A stretch of DNA of 64,000 nt, taken from the human T2T-CHM13v2.0 reference genome, Homo sapiens. The notes below the pieces were generated by a model. That model was not told the DNA's origin and made no database searches. It saw only the letters and a program-made list of their open reading frames with translations. Positions 57,106 through 64,000 of the stretch are shown here, one piece after another. Location of the stretch: assembly GCF_009914755.1 (NCBI RefSeq), contig NC_060940.1; one strand, given 5' to 3'. The translations under genes and the position numbers were made by a program. Numbering within the stretch: position 1 is the first letter of the stretch; the number at the start of each line of letters is the position of its first letter.

Positions 57106-57760
57106 TTACGGGTCATGGGTAGATTTCATGGTAGAGAATCTCCTAAAGTTGTAGGCAAAATATGGTCCCTGTGGAAGCATTTTTCTCACTGTGTCCATTT
57201 TAGGGGTCAGCATTCCCCAAAGACAGAACCTTCGCTTTACTTAAGTAATACTGCCTACCCCTGCAGTCGTCCTCTCCTTCCATTCTTGTTTCATTCTACT
57301 TGTTATTAAACATACACCAGGCCTCCTGTGCCAGTAGTTAAGGACACCAAACCATATGAGGGAAAGTCTCCGTCATGGTCATTTGGGTCTCACAGTGCCA
57401 CGCATGCAGTCAGCATCTCATTCGTGCTGCCAAATGGAGGAAGGAAGTCAGATTCCACTTCAGCTGCGGAACCCCGGGCTGAAATGTTGCCTGTAATATC
57501 TACCCTGGAATCCCCAAGCAGAGAAAGCAGCATGAGTCTCAGCACTGGAAGCAGATGGAACCACCTGGAGGTTTCTACAGATCGTGGTGCCCCACCTCAG
57601 GCTACTTGGATCAGTGTGTCTCAGTTGGGGCACCAGCATCGGTATGTTTTAAAAGCTCCCGGGCCTGGCTGGGCGTGGTGGCTCACACCTGTAATCCCAG
57701 CACTTTGGGAGGCCGAGGCGGGCGGATCACAAGGTCAGGAGGTCGAGACCATCCTGGCTA

Positions 57761-57997
<237 letters not shown>

Positions 57998-58317
57998 TTA
58001 TTCAACAACAACAAAAAAGGAATGAGGTTCTGAGAACTGATTTTAAACCACGATACTACATTCAAACTACACCATGAGTGAACGTGGAAAACACGGTGTG
58101 TGGAAGAAGGCAGGCACAGAAGACCACTTATTATATGGTTCCATCTATGGGAAATGTCCAGAATAGGCAAATTCGTGGAGACAAAATTAGATTAAGCCTG
58201 GGCAGCATAGCAAAACCCCATCTCTATAAAAAGCAAAAAAATCTGGCCAGGCGCAGTGGCTCACACCTGTAATCCCAGAGATTCGGGAGGCCGAGGCGGG
58301 CAGATCACTTGAGGTCA

Positions 58318-58521
<204 letters not shown>

Positions 58522-58652
58522 TCAAAAAACAACAACAACAACAACAAAACCTTTTGTACACCCATGTTCATAGCAGCACTATTCACAATAGCCAAAATGT
58601 GGAAGCAACCCAGATGCCCATTAATGGGTGAATGGATGAACATGATGTGGTT

Positions 58653-58740
58653 TATATTAGGTTGGTGCAAAAGTAATTGTGGTGTTTGCCATTGAAAGTA
58701 ATGACAAAAACCGCGATTACTTTTGCACCAACCTAATACA
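58653..58740 (-). ncRNA. MIR548H2: miR-548h precursor hairpin; mature 5p at 58703-58724
   Basis: Minus strand AAAAGTAATCGCGGTTTTTGTC equals miR-548h-5p as recalled; miR-548 genes derive from MADE1. Confidence 0.8.
58657..58736. mobile_element. MADE1 MITE (Hsmar1 mariner derivative)
   Basis: 80-bp near-palindrome TTAGGTTGGTGCAAAAGTAAT...ATTACTTTTGCACCAACCTAA flanked by TA duplications (58655-58656, 58737-58738). Confidence 0.95.
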
Positions 58741-58743
58741 CAT

Positions 58744-59437
58744 TGCTATGGTCTGAACGCTTGGGCCCTCCGGCAATGCATATGATGAAATTCTCACCCC
58801 CACTGTGATGGTGCATTAGGAGGCGGGGCCTTTGGAAGGTGATTAGTTCATGAGGGCACAGCCCTCATGAATGGGATTAGCACCCTTATAAAACAATCCC
58901 ATGAGAACGGGTTCACACCTTTCGCCATTAAAGATCCAACAAGAATCCTTCTTTCCGGTCTGTGAACCAATAAACAGGCCCCCAGCAGACATTGGATCTG
59001 CCAGCACCTTCATCTTGGACTTTTCAGCCTCCAGAACTGTAAGAAATAAACGTTTGGCCGGGTGCAGTGGCTCATGCCTCTAATCCCAGCACTTTGGGAG
59101 ATCCGAGGCAGACAGATCACCTGAGGGAAGGAGTTCAAGACCAGCCTGGCCAACATGATGAAACTCCGTCTCTCCTAAAAGTACAAACATTGCCCAGGTG
59201 TGGTGGTGGGCGTCTGTAATCCCAGCCACTCGGGAGGCTGAGGCAGGAGAATCACTTGAACCTGGAGGCGGAGGTTGTAGTAAGCTGAGATTGCACTACT
59301 GTACTCCAGCCTGGGCAATAGGGTGAGACTCTCTCTTAAAAAAAAAAAAGAAGAAGAAGAAGAGAAAGAAATTTCTGTTGTTGATAAACTCCCTAGTTTA
59401 TGGTAGTTTGTTATAGCAGCCCAGATTGACTAAGATA
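58744..59437 (+). mobile_element. MLT1A/MST-like LTR split by an AluS (about 59056-59370)
   Basis: TGCTATGGTCTGAA start; GCCCTCATGAATGGGATTAG; CAGCCTCCAGAACTGTAAGAAATAAA; TTTGTTATAGCAGCCC end. Confidence 0.8.
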
Positions 59438-59862
59438 ACATGTAGTGGAATATAATTCAGCCCTAAACAGGAAGAGAACTCTGACACATGCAACAGCATG
59501 GATGTGCCTCAAGGACATTATGCAAAGTGAAAGAAGCCAGTCATAAAAGGACACAGGTCATTTGATTCCACTCACAGGAGGTACCCGGAGAAGTCGGATT
59601 CAGAGAAACAGAAAGTGGAATAGTGGTTGCTGGGGCAGGAGGGAGGGGAAATGGGAGTTGCTTAACAGGTGGAAAGGTTCAGTTTTGTAACATGAAAAGA
59701 GTTCTGGAGCTGCATGGCGGTTATGGTTGCACAACAATGTAAAAATGTACTTAACATTTCTGAACTGTGCCCTTCAAATGGTTCAGGTGGTAAGTCATAT
59801 GTGTATTTTATTACAATTAAAAATTTTCTTAGGCTGGGCGTGGTGGCTCACGCCTGTAATCT

Positions 59863-61461
59863 TGTTGCATGATCCTTGGGGTGCTGCTTTTATGGCCAGA
59901 AACCTCTGTGGCTGGTGGCATCTTTTGGCCAAGTTTTGCTTGGGCCCACTGGGCTAGTTCTGCCCACTCAGCCTGGCAGGCTGTGCTCGGCTCACACTAC
60001 CAGCCTGGATCCCACCCTTGCTTGGGCAAGCCAGGTGTGGCACAGTGAGGGGTGTGTGAGCAAGTGCGCATGGGGTCTGGCCACTGTGCATAGTCAGGCA
60101 CACTGGCTGCTACAACGGGGCAGGGACCAGGTGCCCGCACAGGCGCCAGCTCTCTGCGAGGCTGCGGCGGGACCAGGTGTACCACAGGCAGCCTCCACGG
60201 CTGCCACTGGGGAATGCATTGGTGCCTGGAAGCTTGGAGGCTCCAGGAACCACAGGGCCCCAAAGAGGGAGTCCCAGTCCTGACTTGGGCTCCCAGGTCT
60301 GGGCTCCCTGAAGGGCCACAGCTCTTCTCTCCTTCTCTTCACCCACAATATGGCAAGCAACGGGCGTGTTTCTGCCCTGTTTGTGTTACAGTTCCTTCAG
60401 CCCTGCCATTCGGCAGTTCCCGAGTTCTTGTCTTGCTTCCAAGAAGAATGAGGTACGCAGACAAGCGTAGGGCGAACAAGGTGATGAAGAGCTTTATTGA
60501 GTGACAGAATAGCTCAGAGGAGGCCTTGGAGTGGGTAGCTGCTCTCTGCAGCTGGTTGACCTGACGTCTGCTCAGCTCTGGCTGAGTCCGGTGCTTTTAT
60601 GGGTCTCAGAGAAGAGGAAATGCATGCCAAACGGTCCATGGGTGGCCGTGAGTGGGCCCAGAAAAGGCACCACAAGTTCCCACTCTGGTCCTGTGGGACT
60701 GGCAGCCTGGCCCACAGCCTTCGGACCCTCCCTGGGTGAAGGTGGGGCCTCACCGGGGACCCAGCGCCTGCACCAAGGAACCTGTCTGCCTCTTGCTGCC
60801 GTTCATGGGCCCAGGCTGTAGGTGCCAAGGGGTGCCTGCAGGTCAGCACCAAGCTGCCCTCAGCTCCCCTTCAACTTCCCTTCTATGCTTGTCAGTGCTC
60901 AAAGTCCAGAGGGGGCTGAGGCAGCAGGGGACTAGCATGTCAGCACTGCCCCGGGTGTTCACACCTGGCCGGGCTTTGCTTTGCTCCAAGATCAGAGTGG
61001 GCACCGACAGCAGGGAGAAGCCAGGCAGTGGGAGCAGGCACTTCTGAGCCTGTGAGGGGAGGGGGGTCTTCCTGGGCCACCAAGAGTGCAGGGATGCCTG
61101 GGTCCACAGCTGCAATTTGGGCAGCTGCAGGTGTGCTGGAGACAGGGAGTGCAAGGCTTCTGCCTGCTCTGTGGGGTGGGAGGCCTGAATCTGCAGCTGT
61201 GGTTTGGGTGGCTGCAGCTGTACCCAGGAGGGGGCAGGGCTCCTGCCTGCTCCATGGAGCGGGACGCCCAGGTCTGCAGGCACGACTTGGGCAGTTGTGG
61301 CTGCATCCGGGAAGCTCCCACCCCACTAACTCAAAAGGGGCGGGGCTCCCACTTGTCCCCAGCTCCTGCCACCTCCAGAGAATGTGCAGCCCCAGCCATG
61401 CCTCCTTGCTGCAGCTGGAGTGACGGCAGAGGCCGCTCCACATGGGCCACCGCTGCCATCA
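59863..61461 (-). mobile_element. ERV1 solo LTR, MER52-like, inserted into an AluJ
   Basis: Minus strand begins TGATGGCAGCGG and ends CAACA; about 1.6 kb, GC-rich; 4-bp TSD atct/atcc; Alu sequence resumes in register on both sides. Confidence 0.8.
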
Positions 61462-61655
61462 ATCCTAGCACTTTGGGAGGCTGAGGCAGGAGAATTGCTT
61501 GAGCCCAGGAGTTCAAGACCAGCCTGGGCAACAGAGCCAGACCCTGTCTCTACAAAAAATAAAAAACTAGCCAGGCATGGTGGCACACACCTGTGGTCCC
61601 ATCTATTCAGGAGGCTGAGGTGGGAGGATCCCTTGAACCCAGGAGTTTGAGGCTA

Positions 61656-62060
<405 letters not shown>

Positions 62061-62513
62061 TTATTATGGTATGCAGTAAGGTCCACAAATCTTCCAAGGA
62101 ATTGTACATGAGTACACACTCGTGTGGTGACCACCCAGACTGAGATAGAGAACAGTGCCAGCTTCCTGCCTATTCAGTCCCTCTCTTCCCTCCCCCCAGC
62201 TCCCTGGGGATCAGACTCTATCACCAGAGTCTGTTTCTGTGACCAAACGTCCTATAAACAGAATCACGTGGTGTATGCTTCTCTGTGCCTGGCTTCCTCC
62301 TCTGAACATGATGTCCAGGTGCTTCACCTTGTTGATGTGTGCAGTTGTTTCTTTGTTTTGTTTTCTGAGACTGGTTTTCATTCTGTTGCCCAGGCTGGAG
62401 TACGGTGGTGTGATCATAGCGCCCTGCAGCCTTGACCTCCTGGGCTCAAGTGATCCTGCACGTCAGCCTTTCCAGTTGCTGGGACTACAGACACAGGCCA
62501 CCACACTGGCTGA

Positions 62514-62636
<123 letters not shown>

Positions 62637-63345
62637 TGAACTCAGCCTGTTATGTGCAGTTGTATCCATTCCTTCTCACTGCTGTGTAATATTCCACTGT
62701 CTGAATAGACCATAGGTTTATCTGACCTGATGTCAACAAGCTCTGCTGTTCCCAGTTTGGAGCTGTCATGAATAGCGCTGATGTGTGTGTGCTTGAACGT
62801 GTCTTTTGGAGAACGTACCACCACATTTCTGTTGGACATATCCTTGGAAGTGGGATTGTGGGGTCATAGGCTGTGTATGTGCCCAGCCTCGGGAAATCTG
62901 TGGCAAGCAGATTTCTGAAACATTGCACCAACTTACGTTCACAGCAGCAGTGAGTGGGGGTTCCAGTTGCTCCCCATCCTCACCACTCTTGGTTTTGCCA
63001 TTTTCACTTTGCACCTTCTGGTGGGTGTGTTGTGTGTGGGCAGCTCCTTATTTCAAAGTGATCAAGGTTAGGGCTCACTGGTGAGCCCAGGCCACAGGCT
63101 CTGGGATATGTGTGGGTATCATGAGACCTTCCGTGAAGAATCTCTGGTTGGAGGGCCTTGAAGACCAGCTCTTGTCCAGTAAAGGCTCCTATGGAACGTA
63201 TAGAATTACCCGGCGCTTGTTAGAAATGCAGACTCTTGGCTGGGCACGGTGGCCCATGCCTGTAATCCCAGCACTTTGGGAGGACAAGGCAGGAAGATCC
63301 CTGGAGCCCAGAAGTTCAAGACCAGCCTGGGCAACATGGCGAAAC

Positions 63346-63802
63346 TGAAACTGACCCAATAGTCCCATAGATAGTTTTTTGGATAAACAAAGAAATTGAC
63401 CCTTCTTGTCTTAAAACTTGAAGCTTTTATTTGTTTACGTGAGTTCTATATCAGGAAAGGACCTTCAGGCCTCTCAAAAAAGTATCAAAGAACTGAAACT
63501 AACCACCACATCCAGACAATGAGATGTGGAGGGGCAGGGAGGGGCCCTCATTCATCACGATTGTTTCCTTGCCCCTCCTAGTTCCTGTTTTCTTGCACAT
63601 CGTTACATTTCTTTCCTGCTGTATAAACCCCTAGTTTTAGTTGGTCAGGGAGGTGGGTTTGTGGCTGACCTCCCATCTGCTTGGCTGCCAGCACCGGATT
63701 AAAGCCTTCATCCTTTCCTTGGTAATACTCGTCATCTCAGTCATTGGCTTTCTGTGTGGCGAGCAGCAGGACCTAGTCTGAACCTCTGGTGTCTTGGTAA
63801 CA
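63346..63802 (+). mobile_element. ERV1 solo LTR, LTR26-like, inserted into an Alu
   Basis: TGAAAC...GGTAACA termini; perfect 4-bp TSD AAAC (63342-63345, 63803-63806); internal TATAAA and ATTAAA. Confidence 0.8.
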
Positions 63803-63815
63803 AAACCCACCTCTA

Positions 63816-63883
<68 letters not shown>

Positions 63884-64000
63884 CCAGGAGGTGGAGGTTA
63901 CAGTGAACTGAGATTGCACCATTGCACTCCATATATATATATATATATGTACATATGCATGCCTGTAGTCCCAGCTACTCTGGAGGCTGAGGTGGGAGGA

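Noticed and set aside
59876-61650. Cluster of 100-170 aa ORFs
   Set aside because: All lie within the GC-rich MER52-like LTR; no gag/pol/env motifs

Overview
Human genomic DNA; gene content and order identify it as the 16p13.13 SOCS1-TNP2-PRM3-PRM2-PRM1 locus. All five protein-coding genes are on the minus strand and reconstruct to full length: SOCS1 (211 aa, CDS 7072-7707, non-coding exon 1), TNP2 (138 aa, 2 exons), PRM3 (103 aa, intronless), PRM2 (102 aa, 2 exons) and PRM1 (51 aa, 2 exons; absent from the ORF track). A MADE1 MITE at 58657-58736 carries the miR-548h-5p sequence (MIR548H2). A second CpG island at about 1.6-2.1 kb has a perfect CRE and a plus-strand splice donor, suggesting a long transcript antisense to the cluster. 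The rest is Alu-dense, with L1, MaLR and ERV1 solo LTRs, several of them nested. Nearly all other ORFs in the track are Alu-, LTR- or GC-derived noise. I see no new protein-coding system. The most interesting unexplained signals are: a 12-bp IRF module present three times (promoter, -3 kb, -41 kb); a PRM2 3'UTR tandem duplication that doubles a Y-box motif; a 10-bp-phased GCCGAG array in the antisense promoter; two short local templated duplications; an apparently inverted Alu tail; and a four-layer retroposon nest with a candidate L1 3' transduction. Repeat family names and known-variant statements are from memory, not database searches; repeat boundaries are approximate unless TSDs are given.
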